The translations under genes and the position numbers were made by a program. The notes under the pieces were generated by a model. That model ran no database searches. It was not told where the DNA came from and was given only the letters and a program-made list of their open reading frames with translations. This document shows, piece by piece, positions 8,760 through 17,155 of a DNA stretch of 27,955 nucleotides. The stretch covers positions 1 through 27,955 of IMG/VR virus record IMGVR_UViG_3300014885_000012. The stretch is one strand, 5' to 3'. The DNA comes from a virus (Duplodnaviria > Caudoviricetes). The first letter of the stretch is position 1; each line of letters starts with the position of its first letter.

Positions 8760-10492
8760 ACTTTACCACCTTTGAACCATGAACGCTGGTCAAATTGCCG
8801 TTGTCGTTTTGGCGCTGATTGCTGAAACATCCAGGGTAATCCTTGCAAGATATTACCCGCCTTATTAGGTTGCTTGTGGGTGAACGGTGTGATTAGCGTC
8901 TGCACCATCTTGTCATTAAGCAGCCGGTCAATAGCGGGCTGTAAGTAGTTCACTAACTGGGCCAAAGTGGACACCTGGTCGTCGTGGGTTGCGTGGGGCC
9001 ACTTGCCTAGCTCATCCAAGAAATCTTTTTCCCACTCTGGGGGTGTAGTCATATTAGAGTAGAGTAGGAAGATTGCCCCTCTTGCACCCAGAGCCAGTGC
9101 ATTTTTTACCCGTATGTCCATGACACCCTCTGGCTTATGTCCATGCAAGATATGCCGCCATAGGCGCATGTCATTCTTGATGTTTCTAAAGGCCACGTTT
9201 TGGATTGCCACTATCTCAATAAGCATCTCATAGAGTATAGTATCCTTGACCGCTGTTTCTATTAGCTCCTCACCCGTAGCGGGCCAGTCTTTTTTCCACC
9301 GCTTTACCTCCTCGATGACTAGCATCACAGGGGGTATGCTGGCAGATTTAATGTAGGCCAGGGCAACACCATCTGTTATCTCGTCTAGCTTGATGTTAGG
9401 TTTGTATAGGGTTGCCTTAATCCGTACTGCCCAGTCTGCCCGTTCTTTCTCTGACCAGGCAAGGTCATAGCTGCCAATACGTTTCATAGCCTCTGGTTGC
9501 AGGGCCGCCAAGATAGGCGCTGTGATACCCCTAAACCAATCGCGCTTGAATTTCTCACCCTCTGGCGCTGATGGGTTGCCCTGGTACATCGTTTCAAACT
9601 CATGGCGCATGAGCAACTTTTGGTTGATATAGAAGGTTCTAGGGTATCGCTCAGGCCATAGTGGAGCATCCTTGTGCCTGCCTAACGGGTCAGGGAAGGC
9701 TGTCTTGGGGATGTTCTCTATAGCCCGCTGAAACTCCATCTCGGTCTGCTCGTCTTTGCGATAGTCCTCTGGCAAGCCATAACTCAAAGCGGGCATGTGC
9801 AGCCACCGCCACTGGTCACTCTCTTCCGAGGCCATAATGCGCCCCATCAAGTCGTCCTCGTTCCACCTGGTCATAATAAGAATGACGCGCAGATCAGCCG
9901 TACCGCGTGTACGCACTGATTTAACATACTCCATCCAAACTTTGTTTCGCCAGGTATCAGATGCCGCCTGCTCCTCTGTCTTAATCGGGTCATCCATAAT
10001 GATGAGCCAAGCGCCATAGCCGGTGATACCACCCATGATACCACTGGCTATAACGCTCTCGCGCATGTCGTTCACGGCCCATTTTGCCAAACCATGCTTG
10101 CGAGGATTCAAAACCACACCAGGAAATACCAGGGGCCAGCGCGGGTTGTTGTCTATGGTGTCCCTGTTCTGGCCGCTGAATGTCTCTGCCAGGTCATCAG
10201 AGTGACAAACAATCATCGCTTTGCGCTTGGGGTCGCGCCCTATACACCAGGCAGGAAAGTTGCCCGTTACTGTCTCGCTCTTGCCATGCTGTGGTGGGAA
10301 GGTGATGCCAAGCCGGTAGAAATCGCCGCGCTCCAACGCCTGTAGTTCGTCTATTAGCTTGCAAACATGGTGTGGAGTTGAATAGGATGGGTTAATGAAC
10401 GTGTAGTAGTCTTTGTAGTAATTTCTGGCTAAAGCAGCGTGGGACGCTAGTTGTAATTCCTCTACTTCGTGTTCATTTAGTCTTAGCATCAA
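8756..10492 (-). CDS. terL: Terminase large subunit, 578 aa
   Basis: Walker A FPPQHGKS, Walker B IIMDDP, motif III MTRWNEDDL, YQGNP linker, RNase H-like nuclease residues SYDLA and HDDQV. Confidence 0.97.
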   Translation of the reverse strand: MMLRLNEHEVEELQLASHAALARNYYKDYYTFINPSYSTPHHVCKLIDELQALERGDFYRLGITFPPQHGKSETVTGNFPAWCIGRDPKRKAMIVCHSDDLAETFSGQNRDTIDNNPRWPLVFPGVVLNPRKHGLAKWAVNDMRESVIASGIMGGITGYGAWLIIMDDPIKTEEQAASDTWRNKVWMEYVKSVRTRGTADLRVILIMTRWNEDDLMGRIMASEESDQWRWLHMPALSYGLPEDYRKDEQTEMEFQRAIENIPKTAFPDPLGRHKDAPLWPERYPRTFYINQKLLMRHEFETMYQGNPSAPEGEKFKRDWFRGITAPILAALQPEAMKRIGSYDLAWSEKERADWAVRIKATLYKPNIKLDEITDGVALAYIKSASIPPVMLVIEEVKRWKKDWPATGEELIETAVKDTILYEMLIEIVAIQNVAFRNIKNDMRLWRHILHGHKPEGVMDIRVKNALALGARGAIFLLYSNMTTPPEWEKDFLDELGKWPHATHDDQVSTLAQLVNYLQPAIDRLLNDKMVQTLITPFTHKQPNKAGNILQGLPWMFQQSAPKRQRQFDQRSWFKGGKV

Positions 10493-10797
10493 ACTAACCT
10501 AATCCAACACATCTTATCTCCACTAACATCTACATCACACCATAATTCATTTAAGTTTCGCAATTTAATTATGACTTTTTCACCAGCCGACAAAGGAAAA
10601 CCATCTGTTGGGTGTACCGTACCCGATACGTTACCTACCCACAACACACCCGTATTACTGGGGTGTGCCTTTATTGCGAATATCACGCCGCCCTCCGATG
10701 GAGCCTGTCTAGGAGATAGGGCGGTTGGTATAGTTAGCTGTCCGCTATGCAATTTTAATAACTCCTGCGGCATCAAAGACGATAAGCCATTCATCAT
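10489..10797 (-). CDS. Small beta-rich phage protein (start may be ATG 10773)
   Basis: IKAHPSNTGVLWVG...GFPLSAGE..NLNELW pattern recalled from small phage structural proteins; ATGA-coupled to terL. Confidence 0.7.
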   Translation of the reverse strand: MMNGLSSLMPQELLKLHSGQLTIPTALSPRQAPSEGGVIFAIKAHPSNTGVLWVGNVSGTVHPTDGFPLSAGEKVIIKLRNLNELWCDVDVSGDKMCWIRLV

Positions 10798-10882
10798 CCC
10801 AATCGCCGCTTCTGCTAATCGTCAAGCGCCTAAGACCGAAACGTAGGGCCAAGTTACCAAGCCACTGTCTAAATGCTCTCAT
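10745..10882 (-). CDS. Small protein, 45 aa (not in ORF track)
   Basis: MRAFRQWLGNLALRFGLRRLTISRSGDWDDEWLIVFDAAGVIKIA. ATGA overlap with the upstream stop; it fills the gap in the operon. Confidence 0.6.
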   Translation of the reverse strand: MRAFRQWLGNLALRFGLRRLTISRSGDWDDEWLIVFDAAGVIKIA

Positions 10883-11418
10883 GTTGGGTCAATCCCTATG
10901 ACTGGTTGTGCGTTGTATGAGGTAGTAACTGCCGCTGTCCACGCAGCGGTGGTATCATCTTCTTTATTGACAGTCAGTGTTGCACCAGAGATTAGTACTT
11001 TGTTACGTAAAAACCTCAACGCATTTAACATTGATCTGGCTGCCTCTCCGGTTACGGCTGTCCAGTCTCGTTTTAGCAAGGCATCAGCAATGGCATTATT
11101 GCCCGCTGTGCTAAGAACAGCCTCCCCCTCGCCAATCGCTCCGTAAACATAATTGCTATCTAGCACCGTTGCCCCTGTATACTGAACCATTGCAAAATAA
11201 CTGTAAGCGGTTAAATCAGCCGTTGATAAGATACGAGTATAAGTACCGACATTGTTAATTTCAACGGTTGCAACCTGTGTGCCATCCCAGACGGTTGCAT
11301 CAATGCCAGTTGATTTATCCTGTTGAGTAAGGAAGAAGCTAAGTTCAGCCAATGTAAGGGCGGTAGCGGGCTGACCGCTACTTTTGGTAAACGTTGCAGA
11401 GACAGTTAAATTAGCCAT
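10879..11418 (-). CDS. Putative virion structural protein, 179 aa
   Basis: Thr/Ala-rich with C-terminal AIADALLKRDW...LRFLRNKV..TLTVNKEDD; RBS GGGGAG. Confidence 0.7.
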   Translation of the reverse strand: MANLTVSATFTKSSGQPATALTLAELSFFLTQQDKSTGIDATVWDGTQVATVEINNVGTYTRILSTADLTAYSYFAMVQYTGATVLDSNYVYGAIGEGEAVLSTAGNNAIADALLKRDWTAVTGEAARSMLNALRFLRNKVLISGATLTVNKEDDTTAAWTAAVTTSYNAQPVIGIDPT

Positions 11419-11665
11419 CTCCCCACGCTGCTTTCGCTTTTGTGTTGATGCGATTCATGAGTGCAATTAGCCCGTTAATTTCAGCGGTGGTTAAATGCGA
11501 CACAAGATGACCACTTCGCACCAATATAGAACCATCGGTGCGCTCTACCTGAACGTTATACCATGCGTCCATTGCACCAACGGTGGGGCGAAATAAAACC
11601 ACTTCAATATCTCTTACACCCACGTCTGTTACGGTTGATACAGCCGGAAAAATATCATCTGCCAT
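11411..11665 (-). CDS. Hypothetical protein, 84 aa, possible fibre chaperone
   Basis: TAATG-coupled immediately downstream of the fibre-like gene. Confidence 0.65.
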   Translation of the reverse strand: MADDIFPAVSTVTDVGVRDIEVVLFRPTVGAMDAWYNVQVERTDGSILVRSGHLVSHLTTAEINGLIALMNRINTKAKAAWGDG

Positions 11666-12741
11666 TATGCTATAGTCCCCACTGGAATATAAACAAACGA
11701 ACCATTTACACTCACTCGGATAAAATGCGTCGTCGTCAGCGTCTTTGCCCCTACCGCCTCAATCGGGTTGCCGGTTGCCACTGTGCCGTTGAACTCGATA
11801 AACTCTTCTGACAAATCAAGCTGCTCTAAAAATAGCGTTGGAGCTACGGCGGTGGCCGAGGGCTGTGTGATTTTGACCCTATCGCCAAATTGATGTAATC
11901 CCAGTCCGGTCCGAATGGAGTAATTAGTTGCACCCTGGGTTATGCTGGGAATAAACAAACCATATACCGTATTAAATGTACCGCCGGATAGACTGTTCGT
12001 CCCCCTGAATAAAAACGCATTGGTGACGGTTGTCGTTGTTGCTGCGCCCGTCTCTATTTGAGATTCTACTCCAACAAATGTAGTAATTGCTCCGGCTACG
12101 GATGTGTTTATTTTTGCTGAGTAGAGACCGGAGTATAACGCAGAAACTGTACCTGATGCGGTCATGGTAACTTCGTTGTAAACTCCGACGGCCAGCGAGG
12201 TTGTTCCTGTATTGGCGATAGCCACACCGGACCTGACACCAAATGTTTCCAGGCTGTCACCTGTCCCCAATGCTCGTATATCAATATATTGACCATAATT
12301 CCTATTTGTGCCCGCTCCCAGAGTATAATCAATATCCGCATAAATTGTCCGTGCGCTTATTCCGGCGACTGACCTGGCATCCACCATATGAAGTTTATAA
12401 GCGATGTTAGGAACTGTATTAATACCTACAACGGCATTTGTGGTGTCAACTACCAAAACGTCATTTTTTACCCCATCCTGTTCTACAAAAAGAGCCGCCG
12501 TCGAATTGACGTTTATTTTCTGCGCCGCCGTGAATACATTGGCGACTTCCAGCCCTGCTATAGTTGCATTAGCATTAGGGGGTGTCAGCACCCGCGTTGT
12601 GCCAGTCGTGAAGCCACCCAACTCAAATCTAAGCTGTTTGGTGGGATCAGTTGCATCCTTTACGATAGATACAATATCTACGAAAGGAGGTAAGATAGGC
12701 GGGGCTTTAGTTATCAGTATGGTCATTAGATTGTGGGCCAC
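11665..12741 (-). CDS. Tail fibre/spike-like protein, 358 aa
   Basis: DATDPTKQLRFELGGFTTGTTRVLTPPN segment typical of phage fibres; Thr/Gly/Val-rich beta-repeat body. Lower GC than the flanks by eye. Start (GTG 12741 or a nearby ATG) is uncertain. Confidence 0.7.
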   Translation of the reverse strand: MAHNLMTILITKAPPILPPFVDIVSIVKDATDPTKQLRFELGGFTTGTTRVLTPPNANATIAGLEVANVFTAAQKINVNSTAALFVEQDGVKNDVLVVDTTNAVVGINTVPNIAYKLHMVDARSVAGISARTIYADIDYTLGAGTNRNYGQYIDIRALGTGDSLETFGVRSGVAIANTGTTSLAVGVYNEVTMTASGTVSALYSGLYSAKINTSVAGAITTFVGVESQIETGAATTTTVTNAFLFRGTNSLSGGTFNTVYGLFIPSITQGATNYSIRTGLGLHQFGDRVKITQPSATAVAPTLFLEQLDLSEEFIEFNGTVATGNPIEAVGAKTLTTTHFIRVSVNGSFVYIPVGTIA

Positions 12742-12746
12742 ATAGT

Positions 12747-12891
12747 ATACACACAGGGGAACCCTGCTTGCAGGCGAGTCGGTCTACGACTACTAAGCCC
12801 TGCATACCTATAACGTAGTTTGGGCCTATATGTGCTGATTGTAATTTCTGCACTAGACTAGATTTATAATGCAAGGTTCCCGTGTGTGTAT
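12747..12891 (-). ncRNA. Putative structured intergenic RNA closed by a ~21-bp stem
   Basis: ATACACACAGGGGAACCCTGC (12748-12767 region) is the inverted repeat of GCAAGGTTCCCGTGTGTGTAT (12871-12891) with two differences. Inner stems TGCAGG/CCTGCA and AGTCG/CGACT. Confidence 0.55.
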
Positions 12892-12900
12892 CCTACTCTA

Positions 12901-13089
12901 TTAGCCTACCCGTATTGCATTAAGGTCTGGTATTAGTCCGAACAGGCCAAGTACCCATAAAACGGCGAGAACTAGAACTACAATGTTTAGCAGTGTCTTG
13001 AAGTGAGGGGCCATAGGCAAAAACTTATTGACCGCCCACATTATTACCCCTAATGCTCCAAGAAGAATTATGATGGAAATTACACTCAT
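12901..13089 (-). CDS. Small two-TM membrane protein (Thivi_2564-like), 62 aa; possible holin-like role
   Basis: Two hydrophobic helices joined by NKFLPM...KTLLN and ending IRVG, matching the recalled family pattern. Confidence 0.75.
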   Translation of the reverse strand: MSVISIIILLGALGVIMWAVNKFLPMAPHFKTLLNIVVLVLAVLWVLGLFGLIPDLNAIRVG

Positions 13090-13119
13090 ATTTATAACCT
13101 TTCTGACAATCTAAGTTAG

Positions 13120-13581
13120 CTACTCTGTTTTACTAGAAGCCAGTGCTACTATCTCATCCGTTTTTTTAACTGCGGCGCTCTTTACTGCTGCTGCCATAAC
13201 TTCTAAGTTATCTTTGCTTCCAAGTAAGGGTGGCTTGCCAGCAAAATAGACAAGTAATTGGTTAAAAGCTGCTGTCATCTCCATCAATTGGCGAGTATGT
13301 TCCCGATCACCCTCTATAACAGCATCAAATAACTTGGTACTGCGGCCATTGTCACTTTCAATTATGTGAGCCACAAGCTCTTTTTGGGTAGCAAATACCT
13401 GAACAAAGGCATTTGTTTGAGAACTTTCTGAAAACTCCTGGTTACTGTCTAATTGTTTTCTACTATGCTCTGACCGAAGCTCGCTATTTTTTTGCCACCA
13501 GATAAAAATAGCAGCAGCAGCCGGGCCTATAAACACCGTAAGAAGCCAACGTAACGTTTCGCTATCCATGTGATACCCCAA
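13120..13581 (-). CDS. N-terminally anchored membrane protein with soluble helical tail; possible lysis-module protein
   Basis: Single TM LLTVFIGPAAAAIFIWW; start may be ATG 13569. Confidence 0.65.
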   Translation of the reverse strand: MGYHMDSETLRWLLTVFIGPAAAAIFIWWQKNSELRSEHSRKQLDSNQEFSESSQTNAFVQVFATQKELVAHIIESDNGRSTKLFDAVIEGDREHTRQLMEMTAAFNQLLVYFAGKPPLLGSKDNLEVMAAAVKSAAVKKTDEIVALASSKTE

Positions 13582-13592
13582 AACATCACTTT

Positions 13593-13620
13593 TGAGGGGG
13601 ACATGTTATAGTCCCCCTCA
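13593..13620. promoter_or_regulatory. Perfect 10-bp intergenic hairpin
   Basis: TGAGGGGGAC-N8-GTCCCCCTCA. There is no U-tract on the coding strand, so it is not a canonical terminator. Confidence 0.55.
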
Positions 13621-13633
13621 GTTAATAACTTAC

Positions 13634-14059
13634 CTACTTTTCAGGGGCAGTATAGTATTCAGAAAGTGCGTCCGTGTTATCTTCCGGTGTGCTGTCCCAC
13701 TTTATAGTTTTCTTTGCTTTCTTTGGTGCTTTATAATCAGGCTCAAATGCTGGCGCTGGCTCTGGTACAACCACCTTAACTTGTCGGATGCCAAAATCTT
13801 TTTCCAATTTTGGTGAGTTTGGTACATCAAACTCCGTACCGACTTTAATCACCTTGGCGAGATCAGCGTTAAGTTTTAGCTTACCGGCCAAAGCCTGGGC
13901 GCGTGGAACAACGCTCTCGGCGCTACCACTAACTTTCAGCGCATAAAGAACCACATTACCTGTTTCCTCGTCAACCACATTAAACGTCAGGGTGACATCC
14001 TCTTCGTCTTGCCCTGTGCGTTTTACTTCTGTTACAACACCCTTCCAATCCTTAGACAT
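13634..14059 (-). CDS. Hypothetical protein, 141 aa
   Basis: RBS GGAGG; co-oriented in the operon. Confidence 0.75.
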   Translation of the reverse strand: MSKDWKGVVTEVKRTGQDEEDVTLTFNVVDEETGNVVLYALKVSGSAESVVPRAQALAGKLKLNADLAKVIKVGTEFDVPNSPKLEKDFGIRQVKVVVPEPAPAFEPDYKAPKKAKKTIKWDSTPEDNTDALSEYYTAPEK

Positions 14060-14074
14060 GTTTCCTCCTATAAC

Positions 14075-14836
14075 TTAAACGCTAGAGAGGGCCACAGAAC
14101 CAATGTTTTCCAGAATAAACCACCGAGTAGCAGACAAGGCAATGACGTGTAGAGCCTCGCCTGGGGCATTAAGAGTGGCCGTGTTGTTTGTACCATCCCA
14201 AGTCACACCAGCAGCCGTAGTGACTGTGTGAGCAGCCGTACCAGACGCGCTACTATCCACGATGTACAACTCATCACCAGCAACAGGGGCCGCTAAAGTA
14301 GCGGCTATAACAACAGTAGCATGGTTAAGTAAAGCCAACCCAGACCCTAATGTAAATGCACCAGTAGCAGTTAATTCCTGAACATCATGCCGGTGTGGGC
14401 CAGTCAGCAAAGCACCATCAACTGTCCCAGTAGCCGTAACACCGCCAGCCACTACCACAGCATCAGCACTAGCATCTAGCGTCAATAAAGCATTAACCGT
14501 ACCGTCAGTTTGAGCCACACTAAAGATCATATCTGCGGCCTCAGAGCCATGTGTAGCTGTAGTCCAAGCTACATCAATGCTACCCGCCTCCTGTGCCGCG
14601 TTACCGCTGGCATCCTCCAACTGGAAAGATACACCCGCACCAAAACCAGCCGTAACCGTACCAGAACTAGTGTGTAATAAAAGAAGCTCATCTGTAACCG
14701 CATTAGTTGCAGCATCAGGGACAGTTATAGTTGTAGCCCCCGCAGCCGATGCCGTACCCAACAAGTCTATAATGGCGTTGGCTTTTGTCTGGTAAAGCCA
14801 ACCTGGGCTTTTCCATAAATCTCTTGCACTTGACAT
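14075..14836 (-). CDS. Putative virion decoration/fibre protein, 253 aa
   Basis: Very Ala/Thr/Gly-rich; C-terminal TATLNAPGEALHVIA..RWFI beta-domain; RBS AGGAGGGG. Confidence 0.7.
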   Translation of the reverse strand: MSSARDLWKSPGWLYQTKANAIIDLLGTASAAGATTITVPDAATNAVTDELLLLHTSSGTVTAGFGAGVSFQLEDASGNAAQEAGSIDVAWTTATHGSEAADMIFSVAQTDGTVNALLTLDASADAVVVAGGVTATGTVDGALLTGPHRHDVQELTATGAFTLGSGLALLNHATVVIAATLAAPVAGDELYIVDSSASGTAAHTVTTAAGVTWDGTNNTATLNAPGEALHVIALSATRWFILENIGSVALSSV

Positions 14837-14839
14837 TTT

Positions 14840-14948
14840 CCCCTCCTATGGGATTAAGGCTAGTCCCCCCTAGCCAATTTTATATAGCTCTGCAAGACCA
14901 TGAGCGGGGATACCCATGGCCGCCGGAGGGGGGCGGGTCTTGCAGGGC
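14840..14948 (-). promoter_or_regulatory. Structured leader: three-way junction with an anti-SD loop, plus a G-loop hairpin
   Basis: P1 14887-14898/14937-14948; P2 stem CCGCC/GGCGG with loop CCCCUCC; P3 CCAUGGG/CUCAUGG; hairpin GGCUAG-GGGGGA-CUAGCC at 14858-14875. Confidence 0.65.
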
Positions 14949-14961
14949 CAATTAACGATAA

Positions 14962-15414
14962 TTAAATTCCTTCTACAAATAAATCTATAACCAGGTCAGT
15001 GGCCGCCGTGTATGTTGGTGTGCCTGTAGTGGTTGCGGCAACATACACATTTGCTGTACCATCTGCCGCCTCAAGTGGTATCCATAGGTCTTGCTTAACC
15101 GCTACCTTGGCCCCGCCCATATCCACAAAATCAGCCGCCGCTATAGCCAAGGAACCTGTTATAAAAAGTGAGTTAGCGTCTGATATACTTGGAGCCTCAT
15201 TCACAACCCCAAAAACCACATTGGAGCGCAAAAACCACAGCGTCATCTGTGGCCCCTCGTCGTCTTTATCATGAACGATCACAGACCGCAAAAAGCATCT
15301 TGCCCCCGCATTGGGTAACTCCCCTGCTACTATGGTTGCAAACAATGTGTCGTTAGCTCCATAGATGCCGGTATCTAGTACAGGCGTAAAAGTTAATCGT
15401 TTAAGACTCCTCAT
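14962..15414 (-). CDS. Putative virion structural protein, 150 aa (start revised to ATG 15414)
   Basis: GGAGG RBS precedes MRSLKRLTFTPVLDTGIYGAND. The track's upstream start lies deep inside the previous gene. Confidence 0.75.
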   Translation of the reverse strand: MRSLKRLTFTPVLDTGIYGANDTLFATIVAGELPNAGARCFLRSVIVHDKDDEGPQMTLWFLRSNVVFGVVNEAPSISDANSLFITGSLAIAAADFVDMGGAKVAVKQDLWIPLEAADGTANVYVAATTTGTPTYTAATDLVIDLFVEGI

Positions 15415-15889
15415 TTGTTTCCTCCACAATAATATCGGGCTGTTGTGCGTGGCCCATAAGTTCCCTAAGCACGTTGGGGTCTTTAATCGTTTGCAGGGCA
15501 TCAACCAGCGCCGTAAATGTTTGTGTTCGGTTGTCGTTAACCGTCAGCCGGGGGGCCGTTAGACCCCTCTGGTTAAGTTCGTATTGCAAGACGATCTGTA
15601 AGAGACTCAGGGCCTCCCTCACACTCATCTTGCCATCAGTCATAGAGGCTGTCAGGTAATCAGATACGGTACTCCGCAAGCCCACAACTCGTTCAAGATC
15701 AGGCTTTAGCAACACCACAGTTTCTTCGCCCATCTTTACAATGGGGTTCTCATTGGCCCTCTTGATACGCCCCACATATTCGTCGGACACATCCAATTCG
15801 CGGGCCACAGCCTGTACGTTGCCGTGTTTCTCCTCTAGCTTGGCTATGACAATTTCTTCACTTCTGGTCATATAAGAAACTCTAGGCAC
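15401..15889 (-). CDS. HTH protein, 162 aa; candidate terminase small subunit
   Basis: N-terminal HTH (HGNVQAVARELDVSDEYVGRIK), helical core and extended C-terminus, at the head of the packaging operon. Confidence 0.55.
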   Translation of the reverse strand: MPRVSYMTRSEEIVIAKLEEKHGNVQAVARELDVSDEYVGRIKRANENPIVKMGEETVVLLKPDLERVVGLRSTVSDYLTASMTDGKMSVREALSLLQIVLQYELNQRGLTAPRLTVNDNRTQTFTALVDALQTIKDPNVLRELMGHAQQPDIIVEETNEES

Positions 15890-15916
15890 TTAGATTATCT
15901 TGGTAGATAAACGCAG

Positions 15917-16393
15917 CTAATTATACCAATTATCGTTGGTTGGAGGAACAAAATCCTTCCAGCGTGTCTCATGTGCACGCTTTAGTCTGGTTTTCGTTTC
16001 CTCTGAGGCTGTGCAGCCCATACGTGCCGCGCTTAATTTGGCGCGAGTTTTATCGGATACCAAGCGCCCCCTCATTTTTGCGCGAGACTCCTCAGACCAC
16101 TTCACCCCCAAACAACTATATGCTACCTTGGCGATGTTGTACTCAGGCTGCAATTTATCAAGCCAATATTGTTCACGCTCTACTAGCAACTCCGGTGGTA
16201 TATTATCCTCTATGATTGCAAAGAAAAAGGCATCCTCGCCATACTTGTGGAAAGAACGCTGTAAAATTATTGAGTGGTGTCTACCAGAGCGCAGGGACTT
16301 AAAATGATCGTGCTTTCGTTGCTTGTGGTTTACAGTGCTACCAATATACCGCTTGTTATTTATTGTATTTCGTATCTCGTACACTACGCCCAC
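15917..16393 (-). CDS. GIY-YIG homing endonuclease with NUMOD3 repeats
   Basis: GVVYEIRNTINNKRYIGS, REQYWLD..PEYN, and three SEE/SDK-xR-xK motifs. Confidence 0.92.
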   Translation of the reverse strand: MGVVYEIRNTINNKRYIGSTVNHKQRKHDHFKSLRSGRHHSIILQRSFHKYGEDAFFFAIIEDNIPPELLVEREQYWLDKLQPEYNIAKVAYSCLGVKWSEESRAKMRGRLVSDKTRAKLSAARMGCTASEETKTRLKRAHETRWKDFVPPTNDNWYN

Positions 16394-16413
16394 TACACCA
16401 CCCGTTTACTAAC

Positions 16414-16452
16414 AAAAAAACCCCTACTATCCAGTATACCACAGTAGGGGTT
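16414..16452 (-). terminator. Rho-independent terminator-like hairpin
   Basis: AACCCCTACT-N14-AGTAGGGG followed by T7 on the minus strand, just after the accessory operon. Confidence 0.65.
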
Positions 16453-16461
16453 GTCTTGCAA
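16433..16461 (-). promoter_or_regulatory. Sigma70-type promoter nested in the terminator
   Basis: TTGCAA-17-TATACT with extended -10 TG (TGGTATACT), the same -10 as three other promoters in the window. Confidence 0.65.
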
Positions 16462-16495
16462 TCAATTATGTGATGGTATTCTTAAAAAAATGAAA

Positions 16496-17155
16496 CTAGT
16501 ATTGAGTAGGCCCCTCGTCTAGTGACCACTCCGCATCATCAAGGTTGCCCATGCCCGCAGTTAGTTGGGCCTCTTGTTTGGCCCTCATCCTGGCAACCTG
16601 GGCCAGCGCACCAGCGCGGTCGGTATCATGCAGCATCTTTTGCGCCCGCAATACCTCCACCTGGGGGGTTGGCTCTCTGGCTGCCTTAGATGCTATCCAC
16701 CCATCAAGCATGTCGTTGGGTAAGTCCACCAAGCTAAAAGCCACAATCTCACCAATTATTGCTCCCATCGTAAGGGCGCTTGTGTAGACAACTGTCACCG
16801 CATTGACACCCGTACAGCTCCCCTTGCCAAAAGCCACCATACCTACATAATAGGCCAGGCCGCCAAGAGCAAGGTCAAGTAGGAGCAAGCCCCCAAGCAC
16901 AGCAAACACACGTCCCGAATCTAACTCAACTCCACCCATTATGGCCTGGAACACCCCATTAACCCAGTCAGTGATGTGACACAACTCCCACAGAGTTAAT
17001 GCCGCCAGAGCAACAGCCACAGCACCCCACCCCCATGATATGCCACCGCATTTTACAGAGCCAAAAGCCCAAACACTCAGGCCCATAACAAATAGCAGGA
17101 AGGCCACGAAGGACTTAAATACCCCCTGTGCGAAACTAACCGGCGCGTTCTTCAT
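16496..17155 (-). CDS. Polytopic membrane protein (about 4 TM) with a soluble C-terminal tail
   Basis: Several long hydrophobic segments. Start revised to ATG 17155 (MKNAPVS) to reduce overlap; the track gives 17206. Confidence 0.8.
   Translation of the reverse strand: MKNAPVSFAQGVFKSFVAFLLFVMGLSVWAFGSVKCGGISWGWGAVAVALAALTLWELCHITDWVNGVFQAIMGGVELDSGRVFAVLGGLLLLDLALGGLAYYVGMVAFGKGSCTGVNAVTVVYTSALTMGAIIGEIVAFSLVDLPNDMLDGWIASKAAREPTPQVEVLRAQKMLHDTDRAGALAQVARMRAKQEAQLTAGMGNLDDAEWSLDEGPTQY

Noticed and set aside
8756-10492. Intein or intron in terL
   Set aside because: The ORF is continuous and of normal size, without splicing motifs.
12742-12900. Retron msr/msd, DGR template, tRNA, tmRNA or a known ribozyme
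   Set aside because: There is no reverse transcriptase in the window, no TR/VR pair, and no cloverleaf or catalytic core motif that I could recognise.
16397-16408. 12-nt match TAAACGGGTGGT to the spacer of the 23860 promoter
   Set aside because: A single short match without an intact -10; it may be chance.
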